Part shown: in pieces, positions 1 through 14,365 of the stretch | Position numbering within the stretch: the first letter of the stretch is position 1 | Layout: each line of letters starts with the position of its first letter | Assembly: GCA_964016885.1 (NCBI GenBank) | Contig: OZ024741.1 | Span: 184,884,001-184,948,000, forward strand | Length of the DNA: 64,000 nt | Origin: Eledone cirrhosa | Lineage: Eukaryota | Direction: 5' to 3' | Made by a program: the position numbers and the translations under genes | The notes under the pieces: model-generated | The model's database searches: none | The model's input: the letters and a program-made list of their open reading frames with translations, nothing else | What the model was told of the DNA's origin: nothing

Positions 1-393
1 ATCGATGATCGAACCTGACTCTGAAAATCGCAAGGTCCTCAGATACGTCTTGATTCTACGAAGCAGATTTTCCTAGGAGTTGCACTTGCTTGGCAAGTTT
101 AAACTGAAAAAATTACATCTTGGACGAGAAGTGCAAACAATTTACCTAACGAAGGATCATCAACGTAGTCAAGCAACCTGTTAGAAATCGTAGCCACATC
201 TCTATCATCATATGTGCCGTCTAGAAATATGTGGTGATGTACTAGATGCGCTATGTCCTAAAAATGAAAGCAGTCGGAATATTTACAGTATAATATTTAC
301 AATGGGTCAGCTCAATGAGAGCTGACTTTGTAGATTAAGAAAAACAACAGCACAAAAACAGTCGTGTATTTCTTAATATTATTATATACTATA

Positions 394-610
394 GTGGTGT
401 ATTGACAGCATTATTAGAGCGTCAGGCAAACTGTTTTTGCAGCATTTAATTACAGCGCTGTACGTTCCGAGTTCAAATCCAGCCGAGGTAAATTTTGTCT
501 TTCATTATTTTGGTCTCGATAAAATATGATACCAATCGAGTACTGGCTTCAATTTAATCAACGCATCCTTCCTCTAAATTAGTTGGTTCTGTCTCTTAAC
601 TAGAAATTAG
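394..610 (+). mobile_element. Degenerate copy of the main tRNA-derived SINE family
   Basis: Box-B-like GAGTTCAAATCC (~470) followed by decayed 'gccgaggtaaattttgtctttcatt..tcgataaaat..tacc' core shared with intact copies such as 5717-5905. Confidence 0.6.
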
Positions 611-889
611 TATTACCAATTTAGTCGTATATATTTGACTAGATTACTGACACCCTGTACACGTCAGCATACTAACTATATAGTATTCGTTTACTTGACT
701 TTCATATTCCAAGCATCTGCTTACCAAAATAAGTTCTATCGTTAGCAACTTTATCAATAATGTGTTACTTTATGTTCATAGATATTTATATATTATGAAT
801 TATATATCCATAGCCAGTGTTAGAAGTTATATACATGTTGGTAATATTTCAATATTTCCTCTCATATATACGTCCCTGAGCAAAAATAT

Positions 890-1030
890 ATGGATGTGTG
901 ATTAAGAAGTTCACTTTGAAACTATGTGATTTCAATTTCTATCCTGCTGCGTGACACCTTAGCCAATTATCTTCTACAGTACTGAAAGGTCACCAAAAAT
1001 CCAGTGTTTGAACAGAAACTATGTGGGAGA
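890..1030 (+). mobile_element. Highly decayed second SINE type (tRNA head plus CORE-like 'gtgacaccttagccaatt')
   Basis: 'ggatgtgtgattaagaagttcac...tcctgctgcgtgacaccttagccaattatcttctac' resembles a CORE-type SINE head; recognised from recall only. Confidence 0.3.
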
Positions 1031-1647
1031 TCTCAGAGGAACTGACCATTTATTGTATGATAAACTTAACCCATCACCTAGTTGAGTACCATGATATTGT
1101 CTTGGAATACCTTATGCAGGGGCAAGTTTTTGTAAGAATTTAGCATTGAGAGCGGCTCCGAAAATGTTTCCGACTAATTGTCACATTTCTTCGCTTCTAA
1201 TTATGTCAGAAAATGAAAACGATTCCCTCTATTAGAAATCGCAGGATACTATCTATCGGGTAGAACAGATGATGTAATAGAGAAGGCAGTAGATTACGAT
1301 GTTCATATTTTTGTTGTTGCATTTGTTCTCGTTTAATCAAAGCTCAACTTTGATAGAAGAGAAATATCTTCGAAGAAATTCCAACCACGGCCATTGACAC
1401 TATTTGAAATTAATCTACCCTCCAGATTTTATCCATGCTACTTACAGAAGCTAAACACTCCAGAAGCAATGTTATGCGGTATATTGCTGCGTTTCTGGTG
1501 ACGTCCTTTGGAGCTGAAAAAGATCACACTGACTATAGTTATTTCACAACATTTAAAATCCAAGGCCAATTCTACCATTTAATCGACAGTTTACTACCCC
1601 CAGGCTAATAAAGAAGTTTTATGATTGTTTATTTTTATGTCTCTCTC

Positions 1648-1718
1648 TCACACACACACTCACACACGCGCACACACACACACACACACTCACACACGCG
1701 CACACACACACACACACT

Positions 1719-1777
<59 letters not shown>

Positions 1778-1798
1778 ACACACACACACACACACACA
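1648..1798. repeat. (CA)n microsatellite
   Basis: Direct inspection. Confidence 0.95.
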
Positions 1799-2467
1799 TT
1801 ACGGTCTTACCTCATTCCAGACAACACATCCAGTACAATCGTTTTCTCTTTTATCCGCCTTCTCTTAACTATTCTGTCGGGTGAAGCTGCGTACCTCAGC
1901 TAGTTGAATATTAGCGAATACAATTTGTATTAGAACCCTATATATTTCAGTTTAATTTGACGGGAGATTTGCCAACTATTTTGGTAGGTAGAATGTTTCA
2001 CAACACTGCATAAGCCAGGTACAAACTCGGCGTCATCAACTAAACAATGGTTTGTTAATTAGGTACAAGATCAGAAATTTTGGAAGAGTGCAAAATCGAT
2101 TATAACAACTCGAACACTTAACAGATAGTTTTTCTCGATCAAAAGAGGATAAAAGTTTACCACGATGGGATTTGAACTAAAGATATAAAGACATAAAACA
2201 GAGTCCTCTCATTTTGGCATGGGTTGGAGGGAGAGGGGCAACCTACATTTCTACAAAGAAATTTTTACCGCGATATCAAATTTAACGTCCATATTTCTGG
2301 GCACAGGGCCCAAATATTATGGAGACTCCCTTCTCCAGAGGAAGACTAAAGTCTTATATCCCATTTGTAACATGTTAAAACAAAAAAAACGAATATAAAT
2401 CGATGTACACAAACAAATCTTACGGAGCGTAAACAAACTTTCGGAGAAAAGAAATTGAAAATAATAA

Positions 2468-2645
2468 TAATTGTTTCTACTTTAGGCACAAGGCCAGCAA
2501 TTCACCAGTGCATTACTGGTACTTTATTTATCGACCCCGTAAGGATGAAAGGTAAAGTCAACCTCGGCGGGATTTGAACTCAGATCGTAAAGGGACGTAA
2601 CTATGCTGAAAAGCATGGCGTCCGACCCTCTACCGATACTGCCAA
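2468..2645 (-). mobile_element. tRNA-derived SINE, subtype A, with TSD
   Basis: Reverse strand shows box A TGGCAGTATCGG, box B GAGTTCAAATCC and Meta-domain-like core 'cctttcatccttacggggtcgataaa..taccag'; 'aaaataataataat' repeated at 2458 and 2644. Confidence 0.85.
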
Positions 2646-2677
2646 AATAATAATAATCCCCATCAATTTCTTTTTCT

Positions 2678-2845
2678 ACAAGCACACAAAAACAAGATGG
2701 TGTAGGACAGAACAATGGAGATACAAAATAAGAAATCAGTCACCGAGTAGGTCACAGAAAGCGTCACGAAAGAGCTTTGATAATATACAAACATCCATCA
2801 ATAAATTTATAATAATTGGCAGCATGGCCCTCCCAAAGTACAACA

Positions 2846-2848
<3 letters not shown>
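2678..2848 (+). mobile_element. PLE pLTR-like fragment with decayed hammerhead; homologous to 29305-29560
   Basis: Aligns with 29305-29430 ('cacaaaaacaagatgg.gtaggacagaacaa..gtcacagaa..gt.acgaaaga.ctttga') and ends in the 'ccctcccaaagta.aacaat' motif abutting (TA)n. Confidence 0.6.
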
Positions 2849-2883
<35 letters not shown>

Positions 2884-3169
2884 ATATATATAAATTTATA
2901 TATATATATATACATGTGTATATATATATAAATATATATAAACATATACACATATACACATATATATATACGTACATAAAAGAAAATATTATATGAAGAC
3001 TGTCTAGTTAGACAAGGATATCACCTCAAATAAAGATATACGTACACTAGTTACCATTAATTTACCTTTAGCTCCGACTATAAATATTTGTCTTTGCCAA
3101 CACCAACACACAACAATATTGCATAACTTTTCGCTAATGTGTTGTTTCTGTTATAGACTCTTATACATG

Positions 3170-3582
<413 letters not shown>

Positions 3583-3674
3583 TGTCTGAAGAGGTTTCCT
3601 TATTATTTCGGATGCTTTTATTGTATATCAGTTCATACATAACTCTCTTCCCACTATATTCCTTCTCTCTTGCG

Positions 3675-3706
<32 letters not shown>

Positions 3707-3919
3707 GAAGAGCTACATAGATATATACGTATACAAACACATGCATTTTATGGATCATTTGTGGCACTTTTCGAAAAACCATCTGTTTTAAATATATTTA
3801 CTTTCTTTGATTTACATAATTGTAACATATATGTATGTTATCTCTTTCTCTTAATTTCGAGTATATTTTTTTTGACTGGCCACCTTCCTGGTGGCAAGGT
3901 TGTAAAAGAAAATAAATTG

Positions 3920-4306
3920 TCATCCCTTGAATCGCAAGAATGTTTTGCAAATTTTGAAGGTGCCAGCTATCGCAACCATTTGCAGACTATGAATTAGGGA
4001 ACTGCGCTCTTTGTCCGCAAATCCAAGTTCAGTCATACTTTGGTTCAAGCGGGTTGGTATATAACACGTAGCTCCAATAATGATGGGTATGAAGCTAAAG
4101 GTGTATCTTGGATACTGGATTTGTAAACTCCTCATCAATGGTCCGTTGATGTCTTCCTTCTCCTGTATTTTTCTGACAGCGTTTACATCAAGTGGGCAGC
4201 TGATCTCCACAACAGAACACGTTTTCAATGTGTGGTCCCAAACAACAATATCAGACCGGTTGTGCTTTAATTTGGTGGCAGTTTTTATTTTCAGATTCCA
4301 CCAGTA
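3920..4306 (-). pseudogene. 3' fragment of an RLE-type non-LTR retrotransposon (R4/Dong-like restriction-like endonuclease domain)
   Basis: YWWNLKIKTATKLKHNRSDIVVWD...VVEISCPLD...IPIIIGATCYIP matches the PD-(D/E)xK RLE motif (HNRPDIVVWD..IEISCPxD); 5' end abuts (TATG)n. Confidence 0.8.
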
Positions 4307-4376
4307 TGTATGTATGTATGTATGTATGTATGTATGTATGTATGTATGTATGTATGTATGTATGTATGTGTGTATG
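4304..4376. repeat. (TATG)n microsatellite; a second tract lies at ~4920-5018
   Basis: Direct inspection. Confidence 0.95.
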
Positions 4377-4577
4377 TTACCAGTACCACTCAAGAGTGAC
4401 CCGAGATATCTGCAGGACAAAAAACAAAACCTGACAAATGGCGGAAGAACTCATAAGGGTCAACGGCCATCTAAAAGTGTGTAAATATGTATATACACAT
4501 GTACATGTGTGTGTATATGTGTATATGTGTATAAGCATGTGTGCATGTGTATGTATATGCGCGGGGACATAGAAATA

Positions 4578-4912
4578 GTAGGGCTGGACACCCGATCACG
4601 CGGTTAAACCACTGGGAGTGAAGGACCCCTAGCCTTTCTCAGGACATTCTTATAGGAGAAGGCAACTCAGGAAACTGGGATAACTCCGATATAAAATCTG
4701 CGGCTCAGTAGTTACCGATGATATTGATCTTTTCTTCTTTTCGGGTTATAGCTACTGTCGCTCAGAGAGTGGGATTGGCTCAGTGCACAGTCTTTCGTCA
4801 CTTTAAAAAATATCTTCACGCACCGGCATTGCACGATAGAATTAATTAATAATTATTAGTAATGGTATATCGTGTAATGGCCATACTCGATAACGAGGGG
4901 GCAGCCATCATC
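4578..4912 (+). mobile_element. RTE-related non-coding element (RTE UTR-like)
   Basis: 'aggagaaggcaactc...gtcactttaaaaa...catactcgataacgagggggcagccatca' resembles RTE untranslated sequence; recall only. Confidence 0.35.
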
Positions 4913-5554
4913 ATGTGAGTATGTACGTATGTATGTATGTATGTATGTATGTATGTATGTATGTATGTATGTATGTATGTATGTATGTATGTACGTATGT
5001 ATGTATGTATGTATGTATTATGTATATGTGTGTGTGTGTGTATCTATGTTTGTATGCGTATACGTATGTATATATATAGATCATGCGTATATTTCTGTAA
5101 TGTCAAGCTTTAATCTGTGTATTGTAAAAGGTCGCAACAAGAACAACTCCGTCGATGACGACGACGACCGTGAAGACAACAACTACAACAACAACAGCAA
5201 CAACAAGAGGAGGAATATTCCATGTAAGGATTTCATACGTATATAGTATCAACTACAATGGCAAGCCACGATGCCACAGAACGAACCAGTTTGAGTGGCC
5301 ATCATCGGCGTGGTCATATGGCTTGCCCGAAATAACTGTGCAACCTCCTTAACATCCCATCCAACAACCTGAAAGATTATCGGAAATAACTGATAGAAAT
5401 GATTCAGGGACGCCATCAGCTCGTGTCAATAACATTAAAGTTAGAACCATTGTATTGAATGTAATGAGGAAACAAAATCGATTTAATTAATAAATCTTAC
5501 GCGGTGACGTGGAAAAAGCCTTATTTTGGCATGTAAGGGTGACAAATTGAAATG

Positions 5555-5658
5555 AAATCCTGTTAACTTTGCCTTTCATCTTTACGGGGTCGATAAAATA
5601 AAGTACCAGTAATACACTGCGTAATTGCTGGCCTTGTGCCAAACGTAGAAACAATTAT
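5555..5658 (+). mobile_element. 5'-truncated SINE copy
   Basis: 'gttaactttgcctttcatctttacggggtcgataaaataaagtaccag...gtagaaacaattat'. Confidence 0.8.
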
Positions 5659-5716
5659 ATTTATCTACAACGACATACATGACTAGGTGTCAACAATCAT
5701 TATATAATTTCTTAAA

Positions 5717-5905
5717 GGGCGGTGGATTGGCAGTATCAGTAGAGGGTCGGACGCCTTGCTTTCCAGCATAGTTACGTCCCTTTACGATCTGAGTTCAAAT
5801 CCCGCCGAGGTTGACTTTACCTTTTATCCTTACGCGGTCGATAAAATAAAGTACCAGTAATGCACTTGGTAATTGCTGGCCTTGTGCCTAAAGTAGAAAC
5901 AATTA
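5717..5905 (+). mobile_element. Full-length tRNA-derived SINE, subtype A, with 18-bp TSD
   Basis: Boxes A and B present; ATTATATAATTTCTTAAA at 5699-5716 and 5902-5919. Confidence 0.9.
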
Positions 5906-6014
5906 TATAATTTCTTAAAAGAAAAACTATTTTGGGGCGATCACTTGAATGATTTTGATCATAGTCTGTCTCCAGCTAGGAAGACTGGGGCTTAATAACA
6001 AAACATAGCAATAA

Positions 6015-6195
6015 TAATTGTTTCTACTTTTGGCACAGTGCCAGCAATTAACCAATACATTACTGGTACTTTATTTTATCCACCCCGTAAGGATGAAAGG
6101 CAAAGTTAACATTTGCCTTTCATCATTTGAACTCAGAATAGTAACTCAATGCGTCAAAGCATGGTGTCCAACCCTCTACCTATACTGCCAATCCA
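6015..6195 (-). mobile_element. SINE, subtype B, with 12-bp TSD
   Basis: Subtype-B segment 'gctttgacgcattgagttac' on reverse strand; AGCAATAATAAT at 6007 and 6196. Confidence 0.85.
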
Positions 6196-7904
6196 AGCAA
6201 TAATAATAGTGCTTGTTTTACAAGACATTGTTGATGATTCTGCATAATCATTTTTGGATTACAGTATTTTCTTTATGATGAACAGATTCATGTTGCCGAG
6301 ATTTTAATTTAGAACGTAAAGGCATGAAACTAATTACTTTCTCAGTTTCTCAGATTTATTCTACTTTATTTAGCTGTGATATGAGTATTGCTTCAATTAT
6401 TAAACGCCATTTGTTTTAAGGAAATCTGTTCTTTATAGTCTTTCTATCTAGTTTTGTATTGTTTGTTGAATATTTTAGTGCATTGTTCCGATAGATAGTA
6501 AGTGCAACATTTGTTAACAGTACTTTCAGCGCTAAAATAAGCACACAAACATCATATAAAAATTACAAACGAAATGAAACTCATGGCAAATAAATTTAAC
6601 TACTACTATTAAAATCCAGTGGTAACCTCTAAACAAATAACAATATATCTGCGTTTATAAATAAGTCGAGTCTGTTTAAATTGTTAAGAACCGCCATCAA
6701 ACTATTTAAGATTAAGTAAAATTTTTCTAGCATTTTGAGCTTCAGCATAGAAACTAGTTCGAATTTTTATTGACTAGTTCGAATTTTTATTGGCCAGATC
6801 TATGTCAATTCAGATGATACTGTCATAGCTGTGACTATCCAAAGAGTTCGTATATTTTAAGATGGTGTGATTTGTAAAAACTTGGTGATGATTTCAGACC
6901 CCGTCATTAAAGTTAGAGGACACCAACTTCTAGAGATTTGGGCGACAATTCCTGAATATGTATATATTTTTTCACAAGAATGCCTAATTTTTCCCTACAT
7001 GTCCATTCCTTTTCAACTCCTCAATTATTCTAACCATGCATTCAGTGGATGCATTTGTATTTTTGTCTTGCTTGTAAAGTAGGCAGAATGGAACAAACTT
7101 TATCTATATATTACCTTATCTGAAGACACTTAACTACTTGACAGAAAGTTGATTTTTTTTTTATTTTGTGGTAGTGGGAAGTCACATTCATTCTGAAGAA
7201 ATGAGATTTATATATTTGTTCAGTTGTTTACTTGTTTATTTATTTTTTTGTTTTTTTCTGTTACTTTTATTTTTCTGGATTTAGGTTTCAACGCCATCGT
7301 GTATTCATTAAGCGAAACAGAAAACAAAACAAACAAAAGCGAATCTAACAAAAGACAAAAATATATATATATTCATACAAAAAAATAAAATAAAAAGCAG
7401 CAAGATGGTTGAAATTTTATGTCCTGCAGACAAACACTTATTAATCAAGGTATGGGAAAATCTATGCAAATACAACGACCTATAGAGAGATAAGCTATAA
7501 AAATGCACGACATGTGGTTTCTATAGAAATTGCGAAAGAATAGTATATAAGAAACAGGGAGAAGCAAATAAGTAAAAGAAATAAACTACAGTTAAAGCAA
7601 GAATAGACAATAAACTAAATGATTTTGCGGGTCAATCTTGAACCTAAGATTTTCTACGAAACAGAAAATTCTCATATCCTTAGGAAATCGTTATCTATGG
7701 AACTGAAAAATAATAAGACAAAGGTAAACTTTATATATATACAAAAAAAAAAGTTATTTACTTATTTCTCAGTCTGTTTCTTTCTGTCTCTTACTCTCTC
7801 ATCATCATATATATATACATATATATCGTTCACGTCCATTATTCCTATTTCACTTTAAAGCATAGAATTACATACACACACCCAAACACGTACATATGCG
7901 CACA

Positions 7905-7941
<37 letters not shown>

Positions 7942-8359
7942 TATATATATATATATGTATACATATGTAGAGAGAGAGAGAGAGAAATAGATAGATAAAT
8001 AAATATATAGATATAGATACATATTACATATATCCATGCATAAATCATGGCTTTAAAAAGAAATCTCGCAATAAAAACGTAAAGAACAAAGAAGCAAAAA
8101 GCAAAAATGATAAAAATCATAAGAAAAGGAGGAAGAGGTGAAAAATACATTATCTAAGATTCCTTACAAGAGTCATGCGGGAGAGAAAGAAATAAGAGAA
8201 AAATTGTATAAACAAACCAAAAAGAACAAACATAAGCATACTGGAATAAGAAAAGAAGAACGCATAATGATAATAATACTAATGATTAGTTGAGTTTGAT
8301 GTAGAACCATAAATATGATCGAGTGAGATGGAAATTATATCTTATGGGAAGTCGAAAGC

Positions 8360-8404
8360 TAGTATATATATATATATATATATATATACTAGCTTTATAT
8401 TTAT

Positions 8405-8449
<45 letters not shown>

Positions 8450-8617
8450 CACTTATATATATATATTATATGTATCTATATATATATATATGTATATATA
8501 TAGGAACATATATATATGTATATATATAGGTACATATATATATAAATGGATATATATACGTATATATATATATATATATATGTATATGTATATATATAGG
8601 TACATATATATATATAA

Positions 8618-8667
<50 letters not shown>

Positions 8668-8805
8668 GTACACACACATATATATATATATATATTTATA
8701 TATATGTATATAATTTATATACATATATATAGAGATAAATATGTATATATAAATATATCAAACTACTTACACACTGCTGACATCTAGAAACAGATGTATG
8801 TATGC

Positions 8806-8904
<99 letters not shown>

Positions 8905-9298
8905 TAGATATTTGTATGTATCTTTCTATATACATATGTACATTTATATAACTAAAATAAAAAGTACGGAACAAATTCAACGTATGAAAATTAAATAAAA
9001 CAGGAAAAATATAGAAAATGTTAACAGTTCGTGTTTTTTGTGCGCCTACAAATTTTAGTATTTCTTGTATTCGTCTTATTGGAATTGAGTTCTCTTGGAC
9101 ATCAGTGGACTAATGCTTCATTTCCTTCTGTGATTCCATTAAATAGAATATTAGGCATCATTAGCAGATACGTGTAATACATATCAATCAATTCAGCTTA
9201 TTCGATTCTAGGGTTAAACACCTGCGTATATAGATACATACGTCCACACACAAGCACACACTCATATCTATCTCTCTCTCTATATATATATACGTGTA

Positions 9299-9373
<75 letters not shown>

Positions 9374-9408
9374 AGATATTTAGAAATATATATATATATA
9401 TATAATTA

Positions 9409-9473
<65 letters not shown>

Positions 9474-9869
9474 ATATATACATATATATATATACATATA
9501 TATATACATATATATATATTTATATATACAAATGTATATATATATTTATATATATATGTTTAAAGATTACTTTTCCCAAAATTGTGCTCACTTAGACCAT
9601 AATAACTATGTAACGCCTTATGACAAATGAAGGAAATAATAAAAGAATAAAAGTATGAATCTGCCTAAATGTAGAAATTTGAACAGTAAAAAATATATAT
9701 AACTCATTATGTTACAGACCCTCGCACATACAAGAGGACAGTTACGCGTAAAGAAACCCGTCCACGCATATATAAGTGTATACATATATGTATACATATA
9801 CATATGTATATTTATACATATGTATATATATATGTATATTTATATTTATATTTATTATATGTATATTTA

Positions 9870-9908
<39 letters not shown>

Positions 9909-9975
9909 ATGTGTGTGTATGTATATAAATATATATATACACACACACATATATATATATATACGTATATATATT

Positions 9976-10021
<46 letters not shown>

Positions 10022-10058
10022 TATATATGTGTGTCTGTGTGCGTATGTATATATATAT

Positions 10059-10144
<86 letters not shown>

Positions 10145-10200
10145 AGTGTGTGTGTGTGGCTGTATGTGTGTTTGTACGTATGCGTGCATGGGTGTGTTTA
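8360..10200. repeat. Large compound (TA)n/(CA)n/(TG)n microsatellite fields (8360-8905 and 9280-10200)
   Basis: Direct inspection; source of the many IY/CV/HT-repeat ORFs. Confidence 0.9.
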
Positions 10201-10598
10201 TGTTTATGTGTGTGTGTTTAAATGCAAGCATGCAGCGTACCGTAATTTAAAGTTTGATATCCTTCGGACATTCTGGAACTGAGGATGTTAGCTTTTACAC
10301 ATATTTCTTTCTCACACTCGATCAAATGTAAGTAACGTTGGTAATATTTATCATCTTCGTTTGCTGATTGTCTAAAGGATATGAAACTAGAACGCCATAC
10401 CTACACATTATTGTTTACTTATCTCTAAGTATTTAGGGTTTTTTTTTCTCTCTATAACTTAAATGTGTAGGGGATTTCAGTTACACATGCACATGTAATT
10501 ATACGTGTACACACATAAACACGCATGCATACATACATGCATACGCACATGCACACATATGGAAATAAGTAAAGCTGTATATTGTGATAGTATATATA

Positions 10599-11592
10599 CG
10601 AGGGGGGTTCAGCAAGTTTATGGGGACAATGCCCCAAAGAAATACACGACCTAAAAGTGGATAAGTTATTTTAGAAGAGGAAGAGAAGAGGTTGAAGATG
10701 ATCCCCCGCAGTGGCAGGCTATCCACGATAGTCTGTGCAGAAAACATTGATACTTGTTGCGCCATAATTGAAAATGATAGGCAAATAACCACTGAATTAG
10801 TAGCCGTTGGTAGGACAGTTCGGGATTGAGCAAGCTTTCCGCTCGATGGGTCCCAAATCTGTTGCGCTCAGATGAGCAGCACATAAGGGCAGATCTTTCG
10901 ATGGAAATTTTGAACAAGTGGAATGAAGACCCTGAAGCTTTTGTGCAGAGAATTATTACTGAAGATGAAACGTGGCACTACCAGTATGTTTCGGAGGACA
11001 AAACTCAATCGATGTAGTGGCTGTCCAGGGGTGGAAGTGGGCCAGTCAACACAAAATCACAGTGTTCAAGTGGGAAGGTCAAGGCCACTGTCTTCTGGGA
11101 GGCACAGTGGATTTTGCTGGTTGATTTCCTGGAGAACAAGAGAATAATTGCAGCTGCTTATTATGTAGGTGTTTTCAGAAAACTGGCCAACACAATCGCA
11201 GGAAATTTCTCGAAGAAGCTGCATTGGCGCATTCTCTTCTACCATAACCATGCGCCTGCTCACGGCGCTCCGCAGACACGAACTATGTTACTCGAATTTA
11301 AATGGGAAATCATCCGTCACCCACCTTACAAAACCGATTTAGCCCCATCCGACTTTTACGGGTTTCCAAACCTGAAAATAATCATTGAACGGTACCCATT
11401 TTCCGTCAGTTGAAGAGGTAAAATAGCTGCTTTGACACGACCCTCAAGTATACAAAGATTGACTTAAAGGCTGGTATCAACGCTTGCAGAAGTGTATTGG
11501 CCTAGATGGAGCATTTGTTGAAAAATAAACACCAAAACTTAAACCGTTTTCTCCAACTGTCCTTTTTCCACGAACTTTTTGAAGCACCCTCG
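10599..11592 (+). mobile_element. Mariner (Tc1/mariner) transposon relic, internally deleted, with TA TSD
   Basis: Imperfect TIRs TA|CGAGGGGGGTTCAGCAAGTTTATGG and CCACGAACTTTTTGAAGCACCCTCG|TA flank transposase remnants. Confidence 0.9.
10690..11390 (+). pseudogene. Mariner transposase pseudogene
   Basis: Motifs EDDPRSGR, SARWVPNLL, IITEDETW, HNHAPAH and HPPYKTDLAPSDF spread across frames with stops and frameshifts. Confidence 0.9.
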
Positions 11593-11624
11593 TATATATT
11601 TATATATATATATATATTAAATAT

Positions 11625-12290
11625 AATACCAGACCACAGTGATATATTTCGAACTCCATTCACATTTAGAGTGCACTGCACAGGCTTCCTTGTGAGGACG
11701 AGTGTCTCAGCTTTCGCAGTTTTGATTTTCTTTCCAGCAAAGCAGCAATCGGCTTGAACTCTATTAAGTGCAAGTAGGAGATCACCTCCTTTGAAGTTAA
11801 GTAACATGTGTGCAAATTCTAGCCGATTGTTTCTACACGTGTCAGTCATGATACCATTTCCAACCCAGGTGCCCATGTCAATCCTGTTCATCAAAATAAT
11901 GAACAGGAGAGGTGACAGTACGCACCCTTGGCGGTGTCTGACTCCCACATTGAATGGTTTTGATTTAGCCCCATTTATCCGAACACAAATACTTGGGCAT
12001 TGATCTGATAATAATGCAGAACCTTCCAGAGTAGGTCCCGTGGAACGTGGTCATATGCCTTTTCGGTGTATTCAAAGTAAGCATGCACCAATTGGCAGGT
12101 ATCTCACGATTTCTCGAAGACCTACCGCAGTGTGAATATCTAGTCGGCTTTGCTGCATCCGGAGCGAAAACCACATGGTTCGTCATCTAACTTGGACTCG
12201 ACCTCCCCTCCATATCGCTTTGTTAGACACTTAGCATAGACCTTATCGGTGGAGCTTAACTATACTATCCATCTATAATTGGAGCAATTG
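11625..12290 (-). pseudogene. RTE-clade LINE reverse transcriptase fragment
   Basis: GVRHRQGCVLSPLLFIILMNRI (RT QG motif) and 'KKIKTAKAETLVL'; multiple frameshifts. Confidence 0.8.
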
Positions 12291-12327
12291 TGTGTGTGTT
12301 TACACTTATGTATCTAATGTGTATGTA

Positions 12328-12764
12328 TCTTATTATTTTGTCTAAACACCCATATGGTGGAGTAAAATTAAGCGGGTTCTGGCTGCTTTTTCTAGCAAAT
12401 ATATTACTCGTCAAACGTTCAGCCTTTACCAACCGTATGTGACCGCTGATAAATCTCTATGACTATGTGATAAATCTCTATCCCGAGGATTTTTCACTTC
12501 TAATGTTCAGTTCAAGTGTTCGTGTTTTCATTGAGGGATCTCTTGAAAAGCCGATAACCTCACGGCGCCGGTGCACTTTAGTTGCACGCTGGTTACATAC
12601 CACTCAGCGAAACTGTACAGTTGGGACTTTGAAGAGAAATATATCTATATTTTATCTATTTTCTCTTCATATTTATAATTGTTACAGAGCTATGATAAAT
12701 TGATTAATTATTTAATTCTCCCAGTCATTGAGCAAAACTGGTAAAATATATATATATATATACA

Positions 12765-12843
<79 letters not shown>

Positions 12844-13208
12844 TGTGTGTGTCTGTGTGTGTCTGTGTGTGTGCGTACGTGTGGCGTACGTGTGTGTGTG
12901 CGTGTGTGTGTGAATGTGTGTGTGTGTTTATACTTATGTAACTATATATATGAGTATAGTATTATTTTGTCCAAACTTCCTTACAGTCGAGTAAAATTAT
13001 GTGGGTGGTAACTAGCTGCTTCTTCTAGCAAATATATCACTCTCCTAATCTCCAGCCTTTACTACCCATCTGTGACCAATATACCACGTGATAACTCTCC
13101 CCCCTCCCCCCCACTCTCCATGAATGTTTCACTTGTAGAAAAAATCGTCCTTTAATGAGAGGTCTCTTGAAAAGTCGGTAGCCTTAAGGTCCTGGTTCAT
13201 TTTAGTTG
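12328..13208 (+). repeat. Old diverged direct duplication (~12328-12585 vs ~12960-13208)
   Basis: Shared collinear blocks 'attattttgtc.aaac', 'gagtaaaatta', 'gctgctt.ttctagcaaatatat.actc', 'tctcttgaaaag.cg.ta.cct', 'tttagttg'. Confidence 0.65.
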
Positions 13209-13485
13209 AACTCTCGCTGCATAACTCGCTCGGTATGCAAATGAGACTTTTCAGCCGATGTATACTTCAGAAAATACTATGTATTTTCCAACAGTCAACA
13301 GATTATCAGACAGGTAAACATTCCTGATGAAAGGGTAATGACCCAGAAACATATTGATTTTTTCTCGATGCCATTGTTGAACAAACGAATGACGATTAGT
13401 CATCGACATGTCACAGCTTTATCGGGCCGTTTGCTTGAAAATGAATCGTGTATCATTATTAATGTTCGGTATAACTCATATGTAC

Positions 13486-13577
<92 letters not shown>

Positions 13578-14303
13578 AAGTGAAGTTGGGCGTTGTTTGT
13601 TTGTTTGTTTGGTGTCCCGAACTTGCAGGATACACCGTCCATCCGATTTTCATGAAACTTGACACATATATAAAACTCGACTCGTAGATTGGAATAGGCT
13701 ACTTGAAAACTAATCGGGACCCCAGAAGCCAAAAATCGATATTTTCAAACATCGATGAAACTCGACGCAAGTGGGTATTTTTATCTGGGGATGAACGTGG
13801 GCTACATTAAAGTTTCGGAAAATTGATAATTGGATCACCAGAGGCAAAAATCGATATTTACGAAATTTGTCCGATTCCAATGAAATTTGACGTATTTTGA
13901 TGCTGGGATCAACGTGGGGTAATAAAATTTTCAAAAAATCGATAATCGGACACCAGAGGCAAAAATCCGGCAACCGAAAAACGCCATTCTTCTTGCTTCC
14001 ATTTGTCCAACTCTCGCTGCATAACTCGCTCGGTATGCAAATGAGACTTTTCAGCCGATGTATACTTCAGAAAATACTATGTATTTTCCAACAGTCAACA
14101 GATTATCAGACAGGTAAACATTCCTGATGAAAGGGTAATGACCCAGAAACATATTGATTTTTTCTCGATGCCATTGTTGAACAAACGAATGACGATTAGT
14201 CATCGACATGTCACAGCTTTATCGGGCCGTTTGCTTGAAAATGAATCGTGTATCATTATTAATGTTCGGTATAACTCATATGTACATATGTATATAACTA
14301 TGT

Positions 14304-14365
<62 letters not shown>

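Noticed and set aside
5717-5810. tRNA genes suggested by A/B boxes (also at 45290-45350 and 57945-58005)
   Set aside because: No complete cloverleaf visible; the 5717 and 57945 heads are followed by SINE bodies (5717 also has a TSD).
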